Made by a program: the position numbers and the translations under genes. 64,000 nucleotides of DNA, taken from positions 111,732-175,731 of the forward strand of contig JACRKZ010000067.1 of assembly GCA_016235455.1 (NCBI GenBank). Direction: 5' to 3'. A model generated the notes under the pieces. It was not told where the DNA came from. It did no database searches and saw only the letters and a program-made list of their open reading frames with translations. Origin of the DNA: Armatimonadota bacterium (GTDB lineage: Bacteria > Armatimonadota > UBA10988). The first letter of the stretch is position 1; the number at the start of each line of letters is the position of its first letter. Positions 18,385 through 29,675 of this stretch are shown piece by piece.

Positions 18385-20604
18385 TCAGTCTCCAGCCAGG
18401 CGCGCCCGCGCCACCGCCGCCTGCCCCAGGCTCAGGCCGCCGTCGTTGGGCGGCACCCGGCGGTGCGTCAGCACCTCGAAGCCTCTATTGTGCAACCGAT
18501 CGGCCAATTCGGACAATAGGGTCACATTTTGCATACAGCCGCCCGACAGCGCCACGACGGCCACGCTGTGCTGCTCGCGCAGGCGCTCACAGAGCCGCGC
18601 GGTGGCCTCGGCCAGGCCGCGATGGAAAGCACCGGCCGCGGGACCGGAGCGCCGCCACAACCAGTCGACCGCGGGGCGCCAGTCGATCTCGTCCGCGCTC
18701 ACGTCGAACGGTGCCACATCGCCGCCGGCCCGGCACGCTCCCTCGAGCAGGATGGCGGCCTCGCCTTCGTAGCGACTGACGCTGCCTACGCCGGCCAGCG
18801 CTGCCGCGGCGTCGAACAGCCGGCCGGCGCTGGAGGTGGGCAGGCAGGCGAACCCGCTGGCCACCATGGCCGCTACCGCGTCGAAGCGCTCGGGCTCGAC
18901 GCCCAGCCGCGCGGCATCGAGCGACACCCCGGCCTGCGCGGCCAGGGCCACGGCCACGCGCCAGCCCTGGCGCACAGCCGACTCGCCGCCCGGCAGCACG
19001 AAGGGGCGCAAGCGGCCGACGCGCCGGTAGTCGCGCCGGTCGCCGAGCAGGATTTCGCCGCCCCAGACCGAGCCATCGGGCCCCCAGCCGGTGCCATCGA
19101 AGCAGACGCCGAGCAGCCTGTCATGCCGCCCGTTGTCGGCCAGGCAGGCGGCCAGATGGGCATGGTGGTGCTGCACGCCGACCAGCACCTGGCCTTCGCG
19201 CACGGCCCGCTCGAGGGCGTAGCGCGTGGCCCAGTAGTCGGGGTGCAGGTCGTGGGCCAGCACCGTCGGCTGGAGCCGGAACAGCCGCTCGAAGTCAGCG
19301 ATGCCGGTCTCGAAGGCAGCCAGCGCCAGGTCGTTCTCCAGATCGCCGATGTGGTGCGAGAGGAACGCCTCGCCGCCGCGCGTGAGGCAGAAGGTGTTCT
19401 TCTGGTGGCTGCCGACCGCCAGCACGGTCGCCTCGCCGTGGTCGTCCAGCGCCAGTGGCACCGGCGCATAGCCGCGCGACCGCCGGTAGGGCAGCAGCCG
19501 GCCCCGCCAGACCCGCACCACGCTGTCGTCGCAGCGGCGCTCGATGGGCCGGTTGTGGCTGAGGATGGCGTCGGCGACACCGTCCAGCCGCGTCCGCACC
19601 TCGGCGTCCACGTAGGCGATGGGTTCGTCGGTCAGGTTGCCCGAGGTCATCACCAGTGGGCCAGCCATGGCGGCGAGCAGCAGGTGATGCAGCGGCGTGT
19701 AGGCCAGCATGACGCCGAGCGTGGTCTGGCCCGGCGCCACCGACGGCGCGAGGCCGTTGTCGGCGCGCGGCGAGAGGAGCACGATCGGCGCGGCGGGCGA
19801 AGTCAGCAATTCGGCCTCGGCGGCGCTCACCGCGGCGATGCCGCGGGCCTCGTCGAGACCGGCGACCATGACCGCCAGCGGCTTGGCCTCGCGGTGCTTC
19901 CGGTCGCGCAGCCGACGGATGGCGTCGTCGTTCCGCGCATCGACCGCCAGGTGGTAGCCGCCCAACCCTTTGACCGCGACGATCTGGCCGGCATGCAGGC
20001 GGGCCGTCGCGTCGTCAAGTGCCGATGCCAGCCGCGGCCCACACACCGCGCAGGCCGTCGGCTGCGCATGGAAGCGGCGGTCGGCCGGGTCGTCATACTC
20101 GCGCTGGCAGTCGGGGCACAGCGCAAAACCGGCCATGGTGGTGTTGGCGCGATCGTAGGGCAGGTCGCGCACGATGCTGAAGCGCGGGCCGCAATGGGTG
20201 CAGTTGAGGAACGGGTAGCCGAGGCGCCGGTCGGCCGGATCGAACAGCTCGCGCCGACACTCGGGGCAGGTGGCCAGGTCGGGCAGCACCCAAGCCTCGG
20301 CCAGTCCACCGGCGCAGCTGGCACCGATGACGAATCCTGGCTCGCCCGTGGCCGGCAGCAGCTCCTGGTCGAGCCGCTCGATGTAGCCGGGCGCGGGCAA
20401 CTCGGCGCGCAAGCGCGCGACGAATGCGGCGAGCCGCGGGAGCGTGCCCTCGACCTCGATGCGGGCGCCGAGCAGGTCGTTGCGGACCAGGCCGGCCAGG
20501 CCGAGTTCGCCCGCCAGCCGGTGGACAAACGGCCGGAAACCCACGCCCTGTACCAGGCCGCGCGCGGTCAGTGCCCATCGCTGCTTCGTCGGGTCGGTGG
20601 TCAC
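18385..20604 (-). CDS. hypF: carbamoyltransferase HypF
   Basis: GLVQGVGFRPFV, two CxxC zinc fingers, RRFHAQ, KGLGGYHL, TSGN, QHHHAH, DGTGWG, PPNDGGLSLGQA. Confidence 0.97.
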   Translation of the reverse strand: MTTDPTKQRWALTARGLVQGVGFRPFVHRLAGELGLAGLVRNDLLGARIEVEGTLPRLAAFVARLRAELPAPGYIERLDQELLPATGEPGFVIGASCAGGLAEAWVLPDLATCPECRRELFDPADRRLGYPFLNCTHCGPRFSIVRDLPYDRANTTMAGFALCPDCQREYDDPADRRFHAQPTACAVCGPRLASALDDATARLHAGQIVAVKGLGGYHLAVDARNDDAIRRLRDRKHREAKPLAVMVAGLDEARGIAAVSAAEAELLTSPAAPIVLLSPRADNGLAPSVAPGQTTLGVMLAYTPLHHLLLAAMAGPLVMTSGNLTDEPIAYVDAEVRTRLDGVADAILSHNRPIERRCDDSVVRVWRGRLLPYRRSRGYAPVPLALDDHGEATVLAVGSHQKNTFCLTRGGEAFLSHHIGDLENDLALAAFETGIADFERLFRLQPTVLAHDLHPDYWATRYALERAVREGQVLVGVQHHHAHLAACLADNGRHDRLLGVCFDGTGWGPDGSVWGGEILLGDRRDYRRVGRLRPFVLPGGESAVRQGWRVAVALAAQAGVSLDAARLGVEPERFDAVAAMVASGFACLPTSSAGRLFDAAAALAGVGSVSRYEGEAAILLEGACRAGGDVAPFDVSADEIDWRPAVDWLWRRSGPAAGAFHRGLAEATARLCERLREQHSVAVVALSGGCMQNVTLLSELADRLHNRGFEVLTHRRVPPNDGGLSLGQAAVARARLAGD

Positions 20605-20679
20605 AGTTACGCATCATACAACGGGGCGGCTGGCGCGTAGCGAGGCAGGTGCGACTCCGCCCGCGGCGAAGCCACCGCC

Positions 20680-21957
20680 ATGAGTCATCCATTGTCGGTT
20701 GCCATCATCGGTCTGGGCGGGTTTGCGGCCAGTCACCATGCCGCGTTGCGCCGGCTGGAAGCAGCGGGCACGGCACGCCTGGTGGCCACTTGCGACCCGC
20801 GGCCCGACGCTTTCCTCGACCAGATGGCCGAGTGGCAGTTCGGCCCGCGCGGCGTGCGGGTGTTCGACGACTGGCAGGCCATGCTGGCCGCGTGCGCGCA
20901 CGAACTCGACATGGTCACCATCCCCACGCCCATCCCACTGCACGCCGCCATGCATCAGGCCTGCGTCGAGCTGGGCCTGCCGGTCTACCTGGAGAAGCCG
21001 CCGACGCTGTGGTGGGAGGAGCTCGACGCGATGATCGGCGTCGACGAGCAGGCGGCGCGCCTGACCAACGTCGGCTTCAACTGGATCGTCGACCCGCAGC
21101 GACGGGCGCTCAAGACGCGCCTTCTGAGCGCCGAGTTCGGCCCACTGCGGCGGGTGAGCGTGTGGGGTTACTGGCCGCGGCCGGCGAGTTACTACCAGCG
21201 CAACGGCTGGGCCGGGCGCCTGCTGCTCGATGGCCGGCCGGTGCTGGATTCGCCCATGGGCAACGCGCTGGCGCATCTGCTGCACAACACGCTGTTCTGG
21301 GCCGGCGACCAGCCGTGGACCTGGGGCATGCCGCGCTCGGTGCGCGCCGAGCTCTACCGCGCCCACGCCATCGAGGGCACGGACACCGTCTTCCTGACCG
21401 CCCAACTCGACCGCGAGGTTGAGCTGCGGCTGGCCATGACGCACGCCTGCCCCGAGACGAGTCAGGGCGAGGTCATCGAGTGTGCGGACGCGCGCATCAC
21501 CTACCACGCCGGTGAGTGGGTCCTCGGCCAGCCCCAGCAGCGCGCGGTGATCGACTGGGCCGATGGCCGGCAGGAGACGCTGCTCGACACCACGCACGCG
21601 GACTACATGGCGGCCAACCTGGCCGACTACGTCGCCTATGTGCATGGCAAGACCGACCGGCCGCTGACCACGCTGGCCGACAGCCGTCCGCTGGTCTGGC
21701 TCAACGACCTGGCGTACCTGGCGTCGGCCGGCATCACCACGGTCGCCGAGCCGAGCCTGACGCACGACGGGCGCGGCGGCGTGGCCATCGACGGGGTGAG
21801 CAAGGCGGGCGACGAGCTGCTGGCCAGCGGGCGGCTGCCGTCGGAGCAGAGGAAGGGCTGGGCCGTGGCGGGCGGCGTGGCCACGGCGGCGGATCTACCG
21901 AAGCTGCGGACACTCCTCGACCGGCTTACCTCACGCCCGGATCGGCCTGCCCGTTGA
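20680..21957 (+). CDS. Gfo/Idh/MocA-family oxidoreductase
   Basis: [21 protein letters not shown]. Confidence 0.88.
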   Translation: MSHPLSVAIIGLGGFAASHHAALRRLEAAGTARLVATCDPRPDAFLDQMAEWQFGPRGVRVFDDWQAMLAACAHELDMVTIPTPIPLHAAMHQACVELGLPVYLEKPPTLWWEELDAMIGVDEQAARLTNVGFNWIVDPQRRALKTRLLSAEFGPLRRVSVWGYWPRPASYYQRNGWAGRLLLDGRPVLDSPMGNALAHLLHNTLFWAGDQPWTWGMPRSVRAELYRAHAIEGTDTVFLTAQLDREVELRLAMTHACPETSQGEVIECADARITYHAGEWVLGQPQQRAVIDWADGRQETLLDTTHADYMAANLADYVAYVHGKTDRPLTTLADSRPLVWLNDLAYLASAGITTVAEPSLTHDGRGGVAIDGVSKAGDELLASGRLPSEQRKGWAVAGGVATAADLPKLRTLLDRLTSRPDRPAR

Positions 21958-22678
21958 ACCAACCGTTGTCGGGGTTGCCGTCACGGTCGAAATCGTCCAG
22001 TGCGCCGCGAGTCAGCGCCTTGGCATGCCCGTCGGCGAAGGTGACGTTGACCGTGTCCAGATGGCGCGCGGCCGGCTTGGCGCGGCAGCCGTCGGCGCCG
22101 CTGCCACCCTCGGCGCCTTCGCCGTAGTACCCGCTCGCTTTGCCACTGCCGCGAGCCGAGACATACGGCGGATCGACCACGTACTCACCGGCGCCGAGTG
22201 AACCGTCGTCGCGCCGCACGCCGGCGGTGTCGGCCAGGGCGACCGTCTGGGCCGGCACCTGGATCTGCGCGTCGACCGCCGTCCAGGGGAAGCGGCTGTT
22301 GCCCAGGTACTGGTAGTTGTAGCCCAAGCCGCCGAAGGTGGCCGTCGGATCGACCACGAACCGCTTGGCCATGTCGGCCGGGGCGGTGGGACAGCGGTAG
22401 GCCTGCACGTTCCTCACGTACGGGTAGATGTAGTCCGGCCACTTGGGCCGCACAGGCGCACTGGACGGCGCGGACATGAACGGATAGGCCTCGTAGTCGG
22501 TCACGTACATGGCCAGCGCGGCGCCCAGCTGCTTGCCCTGGCTCAGACACGAGATGGCCCGCGCCTTCTCGCGCGCTTTGGCGAACACGGGAAACAGGAT
22601 GGCGGCGAGGATCGCGATGATGGCGATGACCACCAGCAGTTCGATGAGCGTGAACGCCGCACCACGTCGACCAGTCAC
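21926..22678 (-). CDS. prepilin-type N-terminal cleavage/methylation, DUF1559 and H-X9-DG protein
   Basis: GTG start at 22678; [34 protein letters not shown]; [16 protein letters not shown]. Confidence 0.88.
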   Translation of the reverse strand: MTGRRGAAFTLIELLVVIAIIAILAAILFPVFAKAREKARAISCLSQGKQLGAALAMYVTDYEAYPFMSAPSSAPVRPKWPDYIYPYVRNVQAYRCPTAPADMAKRFVVDPTATFGGLGYNYQYLGNSRFPWTAVDAQIQVPAQTVALADTAGVRRDDGSLGAGEYVVDPPYVSARGSGKASGYYGEGAEGGSGADGCRAKPAARHLDTVNVTFADGHAKALTRGALDDFDRDGNPDNGWFNGQADPGVR

Positions 22679-22793
22679 AATGCAGTCCCCAACGACGCCG
22701 ATCGTAGCAGACCCAGTGCTGGATTTCGGTGAGCGGCGGAAGAGATCCGCGCGAGTCCGGCGAAACGGGGGCGGGTGACGCGGGAGCACACGG

Positions 22794-24512
22794 ATGTGGC
22801 GAGCAGGCGGACTCTGGTCGGTGATGGCGATGGCAGTGGTCGGCGCGGCGGCCGACGCCGCGGCTGAGCCCCGCGTGGTGGTGGGCGGCGAGATCGGCCG
22901 CGCCGCGCAGGCGGCCTTCGGTCGGCTGACCACGGCGCCGTTCGACTCGCTGGCCTGGCTGCGCGCCGACCTGACCGGCGAGCAGGCGTCACCCCACGAC
23001 GGCCAGTGGGGCCATCTGCTCAACCGGCCGTTCAAGAACTACTCGGGCGACATCTCGGGCCGCTACGTCGAGGTCATGGCGCTGCATTCGCGCGGCCAGA
23101 TCGACGCGGGCTCGCTGCTGGCCAAACTGCAGGCCGAGGTGCCCGGCCAGCAGCGCGACGGCGGCTACTTCTCCGCGTTCGGCACCATCGACTGGCAGCA
23201 GCCCATCGACTTTGGCAACCAGGGCCTGAGCCAGCGCATGATGCCCGCGCTGTGGGGCAACAGCCGCCTGCTCTGCGGTCTGGTCCAGGCGTACCAGGCC
23301 GGCGGCGGCGAAAGCCTGCTGGCCTCGGCCCGTCGCCTCGGCGACTTCTACGTCGGCCTGCTGCCACGCTTCTGCGATCCGGCGCGCATGGCTGAGTATC
23401 AGGGCGGCGACACCTATGCCGCGGGCTACCCCATCTGCTACTTCCCGGCCATGGAGGGCCTGGTGCGGTTGTACCGCGTGACCCGCGACGCGCGCTATGT
23501 CGACACCGCGGCCCGTATGGCCGAGTTCCTCAAGCCGTTCGACCGCCTGCCCATCGACCATGCGCACGGCATGTTGTGCAACCAGGTGGCGCTGCTGATG
23601 CTGTACCAGGAAACCGGGCAGACGCCGTATCTGGCGCGCGTTGAGCAGCGCTGGGACGACCTGGTGGCGGGCGGCTACATCAACCCCGCCGGCGGCATCC
23701 TGGAGAAGTGCCGGCTGGCGTTCGACCGCGACGAAGGCTGCGCGCTGGCCGACTGGCTGCGGCTCAACCTGGAGCTGGGCCGTGTCACGGGCAAGGCGCG
23801 CTACTACGCCATGGCCGAGCGCACGTTGCACAACCACCTGCTGCGCAATCAGAGCGCCGCCGGTGGGTTCGGCCACCGCCACATGACCTGCGACGCGGGC
23901 GGCGTAGTGGGCTTCCAGCCGGGCATCGAGGAGTCCACCTGGTGCTGCGACTTCCACGGCGCACTGGCGCTCGAACTGCTCGGCGGCTACCTCGTCGAGC
24001 GCACGGCTGGCCGCATCATGCTGCCACTGGTGCTGGACTTCAGCTGGAGCGCCGACGGCGCGACGCTGACCTCGGCCATGAGCGCGGGCCAGGGCGCGCA
24101 GGAGATCAGTCGCCAGACGGTGATGCTGACGGGCGCGCCGGCCACGACGCTCACCGTGCGCCGGCCGGCATGGGCCGACAGCGTGACGGCCATCGGCGCG
24201 GACGGCAAGAGCCTGGCGCTGACCACCCAAGGCGACACCGTATCCACCAGCCGGCCCGTGACCGAGGCCACGTTCATCTACGTGGGCAAGCTGTTTGCCG
24301 AGGACCGGCGCTGCGCGCGGCTGGCCACGGGGCCGGCGGCGGGCGGGGAGTTCGTGCTGTGCTACGGCCCGAAGCTGCTCGCGCTCGACGCCGATAGCAC
24401 CCCCGCGGTGGCTTGGCCGGCGACGCTGGCCGACCTGACCGCGCAGGGCTGGCGGCCGTTGCCGGCGCCGAGCGCCAAGGCGGTGCGGATCGTGGCGACG
24501 CGGCGGCCGTGA
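22794..24512 (+). CDS. secreted glycoside hydrolase family 127-like protein (beta-L-arabinofuranosidase-like)
   Basis: Signal peptide; [18 protein letters not shown] and WCCDFHG match the Zn-binding E-x-C and CC motifs of GH127/146; RRPAWA. Confidence 0.75.
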   Translation: MWRAGGLWSVMAMAVVGAAADAAAEPRVVVGGEIGRAAQAAFGRLTTAPFDSLAWLRADLTGEQASPHDGQWGHLLNRPFKNYSGDISGRYVEVMALHSRGQIDAGSLLAKLQAEVPGQQRDGGYFSAFGTIDWQQPIDFGNQGLSQRMMPALWGNSRLLCGLVQAYQAGGGESLLASARRLGDFYVGLLPRFCDPARMAEYQGGDTYAAGYPICYFPAMEGLVRLYRVTRDARYVDTAARMAEFLKPFDRLPIDHAHGMLCNQVALLMLYQETGQTPYLARVEQRWDDLVAGGYINPAGGILEKCRLAFDRDEGCALADWLRLNLELGRVTGKARYYAMAERTLHNHLLRNQSAAGGFGHRHMTCDAGGVVGFQPGIEESTWCCDFHGALALELLGGYLVERTAGRIMLPLVLDFSWSADGATLTSAMSAGQGAQEISRQTVMLTGAPATTLTVRRPAWADSVTAIGADGKSLALTTQGDTVSTSRPVTEATFIYVGKLFAEDRRCARLATGPAAGGEFVLCYGPKLLALDADSTPAVAWPATLADLTAQGWRPLPAPSAKAVRIVATRRP

Positions 24513-24519
24513 GCGGCGG

Positions 24520-24819
24520 CTATGCAGCCAGAAGCGGCGCCCCAAGCCCGGCCACGCTGCGTTCGACCGCCTGCTGCCAGTCCGGTTGCGACAGCGGATC
24601 GCCGCCCGTTCCATACTGGCGCCAGTAGCCAACGACGGTCAGGCCAACGACCTGGTCGTCGTCGAGCAGCCGCATGACGTGAGACCCGCTGGCATCCTCC
24701 TCGCCATACACCTCGTCGTCACGGTGGGCGAGCAGGCGGAGGTAGAGCACATCGTTGCGGACGTCGTAGTGGTAGAACAGGGCGCCCATCGAGACGCCTT
24801 CCACTGTCTCTACGGCCAT
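24520..24819 (-). CDS. DUF2283-like protein (putative antitoxin)
   Basis: YHYDVRNDVLYLRL...DDDQVVGLTVV pattern; start overlaps the upstream gene's stop. Confidence 0.7.
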   Translation of the reverse strand: MAVETVEGVSMGALFYHYDVRNDVLYLRLLAHRDDEVYGEEDASGSHVMRLLDDDQVVGLTVVGYWRQYGTGGDPLSQPDWQQAVERSVAGLGAPLLAA

Positions 24820-25154
24820 AGCTGGCTCCCATTGCCCACCCTCTTGACCAGGTGGGCGGTCTTCACGATGCGCTTGGCGCCCGCCGCGTCGCGCACTTCC
24901 TCTGTTGCGACCATGATGAGCAGACCTGCCCTGCCGCACGGTCCGTAGTACTGCACGCCTGTCGGGTGCGCCGTGCGATTGGCGCTCTCAGTGACCACCG
25001 CCGGTGCAGTGATCGCGGCCTCGACCCAGGCCCGGTACCGCGCCAACTCGGGATGCCCGACCAGAAATTGGCGTGCCCAGGTGTCGTCCGCCAGTGTGAC
25101 GCAGCGGCCCTGCGGGTCAACCAGCGTGGTTCTGGCATGAGCCCACCTGCCCAT
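24810..25154 (-). CDS. small putative BECR/RelE-fold nuclease (PBECR/DUF4258-like toxin)
   Basis: DPQGRCVTL..W..GHPEL..VEAAITAP..YY..LIMVA..IVKTAH; 114 aa; paired with the DUF2283 gene. Confidence 0.6.
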   Translation of the reverse strand: MGRWAHARTTLVDPQGRCVTLADDTWARQFLVGHPELARYRAWVEAAITAPAVVTESANRTAHPTGVQYYGPCGRAGLLIMVATEEVRDAAGAKRIVKTAHLVKRVGNGSQLWP

Positions 25155-25155
25155 T

Positions 25156-26394
25156 CTACATCCGCGCGATCATCGCATCCGCGAACTCGCTCGTCTTCAG
25201 CAACGTCGCACCCTCCATCAGCCGCTCGAAATCGTACGTCACGGTCTTCGCGGCGATGGTCTGCTCCAGCGCGGTGATGATCAGGTCGGCCGCCTCGGTC
25301 CAGCCCAGGTAGCGCAGCATCATCTCACCCGAGAGGATGACGCTGCCGGGGTTGACCTGGTCCAGCCCGGCGTAGCGCGGCGCGGTGCCGTGAGTGGCCT
25401 CGAAGACCGCGTGACCCGAGTCGTAGTTGATGTTGCCGCCCGGCGCGATGCCGATGCCGCCCACCTGCGCGGCCAGGGCGTCGCTCAGGTAGTCGCCGTT
25501 GAGGTTCAGCGTGGCGATCACATCGAACTCGCCCGGGCGCGTGAGCACCTGCTGCAGCGCGATGTCGGCGATGGCGTCCTTGATGATTAGGCCGCCGGGC
25601 AGCCGGCACCACGGGCCGCCGTCGATGGGCTCGGCGCCATACTTGTCCCGGGCGAGTTGGTAGCCCCAGTCGCGGAAGCCACCCTCGGTGAACTTCATGA
25701 TGTTGCCCTTGTGGACAATCGTCACGCTCTTGCGGCCTGTGGCCAGGGCATAGTCGATGGCCGCACCGACCAGCCGCTGCGAGCCCTCTTCACTGACGGG
25801 CTTCACGCCGAAGCTGCTGGTCTCAGGGAAGCGGATCTTCTTGACACCCATCTCGGCCTGCAGGAAGGCGAGGAACTTGGCCGCCTCGGGCGTGCCGGCC
25901 TTCCACTCGATCCCGGCGTAGATGTCCTCGGTGTTCTCGCGGAAGATGACCATGTCCACCAAATCGGGCCGCTTGACCGGCGAGGGCACGCCCTCGAACC
26001 AGCGCACGGGCCGCAGGCAGACATACAGGTCGAGATCCTGGCGCAAGGCCACGTTGAGCGAGCGGATACCGCCACCGATGGGCGTGGTCAACGGCCCCTT
26101 GATGCCCACCAGGTTGGTGCGGAAGGCTTCGGTGGTCTCTTCGGGCAGCCAGGTACCCACGGCGTCGTAGGCCTTCTGGCCGGCCAGCACTTCCATCCAG
26201 CCCAAGGCGCGCGCGCCGCCGTACGCCTTGGCGACCGCGGCGTCGAACACGCGCACGGCAGCACGCCAGATGTCGGGCCCGGTACCATCGCCCTCGATGA
26301 ACGGGATGATCGGCTTGTCCGGCACCTGCAGCACGTCGGTCTTGGTGATGGGCGCGGCGTCGGCGGGCGGAACAGGGCGATAGATCGTGCTCAC
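25156..26394 (-). CDS. icd: NADP-dependent isocitrate dehydrogenase
   Basis: [84 protein letters not shown] start at 26394. Confidence 0.97.
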   Translation of the reverse strand: MSTIYRPVPPADAAPITKTDVLQVPDKPIIPFIEGDGTGPDIWRAAVRVFDAAVAKAYGGARALGWMEVLAGQKAYDAVGTWLPEETTEAFRTNLVGIKGPLTTPIGGGIRSLNVALRQDLDLYVCLRPVRWFEGVPSPVKRPDLVDMVIFRENTEDIYAGIEWKAGTPEAAKFLAFLQAEMGVKKIRFPETSSFGVKPVSEEGSQRLVGAAIDYALATGRKSVTIVHKGNIMKFTEGGFRDWGYQLARDKYGAEPIDGGPWCRLPGGLIIKDAIADIALQQVLTRPGEFDVIATLNLNGDYLSDALAAQVGGIGIAPGGNINYDSGHAVFEATHGTAPRYAGLDQVNPGSVILSGEMMLRYLGWTEAADLIITALEQTIAAKTVTYDFERLMEGATLLKTSEFADAMIARM

Positions 26395-26455
26395 GGTGCT
26401 TCCCTCGGTTCTGGTGCGTTGACCGCCGATACCATACCAAGCCGAGGGGGTTCGG

Positions 26456-27232
26456 TCAACGCGTCGCGGTCCTGACGAACTCCAGCAGCGCCAGCCGCGC
26501 GGCATCGCCAGCGTTGGCGATGTTGTCGCCTACCGAACCGTGGTCGCGGTCGGCGATGCGCAGCGCGGTGGCGTTGGCGTGGCCGGCGGCGCGCAGCAAC
26601 GCCACGAGGAACTCGATCTCCTCGGCGCGCGTGGGCATGTCCTGGTCGGCATACATGGCCAACACCGGCGGCGCCTCGGCGCGGGCCCAGCGCACCGGCG
26701 CGGCGTCGTCGGCGATCAGTTCATAGAGGCTCAGGCCGCGTTCGGCACGAATGGCGTGGTGCGTCATGGTCTGGCCACTGACCGGAATGAGCCCGGCCAC
26801 CGCCCCCGCCGGCACGCCGGCCGCCGCCAGGTAGCCCGGATGCAGCCCGACGATGGCCGCCAGGTAGCCGCCCGCCGAGTGGCCTCCGATGAACAGACGG
26901 TTGGGGTTGCCGCCGTAGTGCGCGCAGTGCCGGTACGCCCACGCCACCGCCGCGGCGGCATCCTCGTTGTGCGCGGGATAGCAGGCCAGCGGATAGAGCC
27001 GGTAGTCGGGCATGACCACCAGCAGTCCCTCGTCAGCCAGCGCGCGCGCCACGGCCTGGTTGGCTTCGCCTTCCCTGCTGCCCTCTTCCAGCCCACCGCC
27101 GTAGAACCAGATGAGCACGTCGGCCGGCGCGCCCTCAGCGGACGCCGGTGGCAGGTAGATGTCCAGCTTGCAGCGGCGCTGCTCATAGTCGCTCAGGCCC
27201 GTGCCGGTCTTGTAGCTGATGTCGGTGATCAT
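26456..27232 (-). CDS. alpha/beta hydrolase (carboxylesterase), cytoplasmic paralog
   Basis: [23 protein letters not shown] nucleophile elbow, DRDHG. Confidence 0.88.
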   Translation of the reverse strand: MITDISYKTGTGLSDYEQRRCKLDIYLPPASAEGAPADVLIWFYGGGLEEGSREGEANQAVARALADEGLLVVMPDYRLYPLACYPAHNEDAAAAVAWAYRHCAHYGGNPNRLFIGGHSAGGYLAAIVGLHPGYLAAAGVPAGAVAGLIPVSGQTMTHHAIRAERGLSLYELIADDAAPVRWARAEAPPVLAMYADQDMPTRAEEIEFLVALLRAAGHANATALRIADRDHGSVGDNIANAGDAARLALLEFVRTATR

Positions 27233-27242
27233 GGTGCGCGCC

Positions 27243-28100
27243 TCACTTGGCCGCCGCGTAGCGCTTGACGAACTCGAGCAGCGCCATGCGTCCCGGGTCG
27301 CCATCGTCCTTGAGCTTGTCGGCCACGGTGCCGTGGTCGCGGCCGGCAACGCACAGGCCAGTCACCGCCTTGTGCCCCGCGGCCTTCAGCAGCGCCACCA
27401 GGAAGGCGTTCTCCTCGGCGCGGGCGGGCATGTCGTTGTCCGCGGACAGCACCAGCATCGGCGGCAACTCGGGCCGCACCCAGCGCACCGGTGCGGCGTC
27501 GTCGGCGGTAACCATGTAGCGGCTGATGCCGCGCTCCTCGCGAATGGTGTAGTGCGTCATGGTCTGGCCACTGACGGGTATGAGCCCGGCGATGGCGCTG
27601 GTCGGCACACCGACCGCCTTGAGGTACTCGGGGTCCATGCCGACGATGAGCGTCAGGTACCCGCCAGCCGAGTGGCCCCCGACAAACAGCCGGTCGGGGT
27701 CGCCGCCAAACTCGGCGATGTGCTGGTGCGCCCAGCCAACCGCGGCGGCGGCGTCTTGGATGTAGGCCGGATAGGTAGCCTTAGGGCTCAGCCGGTAGTC
27801 GGGCACGACCACCACCAGGCCCTCTTTGACCAGGCTGCGCGCGATGGCCACGGTGCCCGCGCCGTACTTCTCGCCGCCGGTCAGGCCGCCACCGTAGAAC
27901 CACACTAGCACGGGCGCCTTGGTCGCGCCGGGCGGCGAGTAGACGTCGAGCTTGCAGCGCGTGATCTCATAAGCGCTCAGCGAGTCGCCGGCCTTGTACG
28001 GCAGGTCGAGCTTGACCACCGGCTCGGCGGCCAGGCTGGCACTCGCCACCGCGGCCACCAACAGCAACAGGCCAACCGATCGCTTGATCATCGCGTGCAT
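27243..28100 (-). CDS. alpha/beta hydrolase (carboxylesterase), secreted paralog
   Basis: Signal peptide MIKRSVGLLLLVAAVASASLA; [23 protein letters not shown]. Confidence 0.88.
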   Translation of the reverse strand: MHAMIKRSVGLLLLVAAVASASLAAEPVVKLDLPYKAGDSLSAYEITRCKLDVYSPPGATKAPVLVWFYGGGLTGGEKYGAGTVAIARSLVKEGLVVVVPDYRLSPKATYPAYIQDAAAAVGWAHQHIAEFGGDPDRLFVGGHSAGGYLTLIVGMDPEYLKAVGVPTSAIAGLIPVSGQTMTHYTIREERGISRYMVTADDAAPVRWVRPELPPMLVLSADNDMPARAEENAFLVALLKAAGHKAVTGLCVAGRDHGTVADKLKDDGDPGRMALLEFVKRYAAAK

Positions 28101-28210
28101 GGCGTCCTTCCCATCTGGCTCTGATGGTAGCCGATGCCCGGCACGACGACCAGACTGGCTTCGCGCCGCTGGGCTTGATACACTGGCGCCCGATGCTGGA
28201 GATCGGTCGC

Positions 28211-29665
28211 ATGAACCGTCGCGAGATCCTCTGCTCGAGCCTGGCGCTGGCCGGCACACGCTGGTTGCGGGCCGCAGGCCCCACGGTCTGCGCGCATCTG
28301 GTGGCCAAGGTCGACGATCCCGGCGCCATCCCGATGCCCGGCGCGCGGCGCGCCTCGTTTGGTTGGCAATCGGCGGCCATTGGCGCCGAGCCGCTACGAC
28401 TGACCTGGCCCGACCTGCCGGCCGATGCCCAGGTGACTCGACTGCGCATCGCCGCGGCGCTCGATGAGCGCGATGTCAAGCGCATCGACGCCTTCGCGCT
28501 CAAGACCGGCGCCCCACTGGGCACCATCGAAGTGCGCTTTGCCAGCCAGTTCCAGCTCTATGAACTGCCCATCACGCGAAACCAGGCTGCCGACGGCGTC
28601 GGTCTGAAGCTGGCCGAAGGCGCGCCGATGCGTGTCTTCACCCACGGCGACACGCTGCCGCCGGCTCTGGCCGTGCATCTGCTCGTGCCTGGCCAGGCCT
28701 CGCCCGAAGCCGAGTTCCTGCGCCGCCTGGACTCGCTGGCCTGCGTGCAGCAGTTCGGCTGGATGGAAGGCTGCGTGGTCGACGGTCTGCTCGACCTGGC
28801 CGCCATCCCCCGTTACGCGCACCTGCGCGCCGCCGCGCAACGGCACCTGGACCTGTTCGTCAACGGCGGCCAACTGACCTACGACGGCCCCCGCTGCGAG
28901 ATCATCAGCAACCGCATCTACGGCATCGAAGGGCCGTTGCCGCTCGCCGCGCTGGCCCAGCTCGCGCCCAGCAGCCCCGTGCTCGACCTGCTGCCGGCGT
29001 TCTGCGCGGCACGGCAGGATGCCGACGGCGCCGTACTCGACGGCCGCAGCGCCAGCAGCGAGGGCGCCTACACCGTCGGCTATCCACTGGCCGTGCTGGC
29101 CCGCGTGCGCGGCGACGACGCGCTGGCCAAGGCGGCGCTGGCGCAACTGGGCACGCGCCAGGCGCGGCTGTTCGTCGACGGGCAGTTCTACCGCACGCAC
29201 AACGCCGATGGCGGCCGCGGTGACCGCAACTGGGCGCGTGGCATGGCCTGGCAGATGCTGGGCTATGCGCGCGTCCTGCGCGAACTGCGTGACCGCACGG
29301 ACCTGGCACCACTCATCGGCGACCTGCGCGCCCTGGCCACGCATGTGCGGCGGCTGCAACGGCCCGATGGCCTGTGGTCGGTGTTTGCCGACGACCAGAC
29401 GCTCACCCCCGACACCGGCGGCAGCGCCGGCATCGCCGCGGCCTTGGCCATCGGCGCCCGCCAAGGCTGGCTGGGTGCCGAGGACCGGGCCGCCGCGCAG
29501 CGCTGCCAGCACGCGCTCCTGACCCGGCTGACCCCCGACGGGTTCCTGAGTGGCGTGTCGCAGTCCAACAAGGGTGGCGGCGCCCTGCAGCGCAGCGACT
29601 ACCGGGTCATCTACCAGATGGGAATGGGTCTGCTGGCGCAGTTGATGGCGGCCCTGGCCGAGTAG
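28211..29665 (+). CDS. Tat-exported glycoside hydrolase family 88/105 protein
   Basis: MNRREIL Tat-like signal; NWARGMAW, QRPDGLW, DTGGSAGIAAAL. Confidence 0.8.
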   Translation: MNRREILCSSLALAGTRWLRAAGPTVCAHLVAKVDDPGAIPMPGARRASFGWQSAAIGAEPLRLTWPDLPADAQVTRLRIAAALDERDVKRIDAFALKTGAPLGTIEVRFASQFQLYELPITRNQAADGVGLKLAEGAPMRVFTHGDTLPPALAVHLLVPGQASPEAEFLRRLDSLACVQQFGWMEGCVVDGLLDLAAIPRYAHLRAAAQRHLDLFVNGGQLTYDGPRCEIISNRIYGIEGPLPLAALAQLAPSSPVLDLLPAFCAARQDADGAVLDGRSASSEGAYTVGYPLAVLARVRGDDALAKAALAQLGTRQARLFVDGQFYRTHNADGGRGDRNWARGMAWQMLGYARVLRELRDRTDLAPLIGDLRALATHVRRLQRPDGLWSVFADDQTLTPDTGGSAGIAAALAIGARQGWLGAEDRAAAQRCQHALLTRLTPDGFLSGVSQSNKGGGALQRSDYRVIYQMGMGLLAQLMAALAE

Positions 29666-29675
29666 GAGCAGGCGC

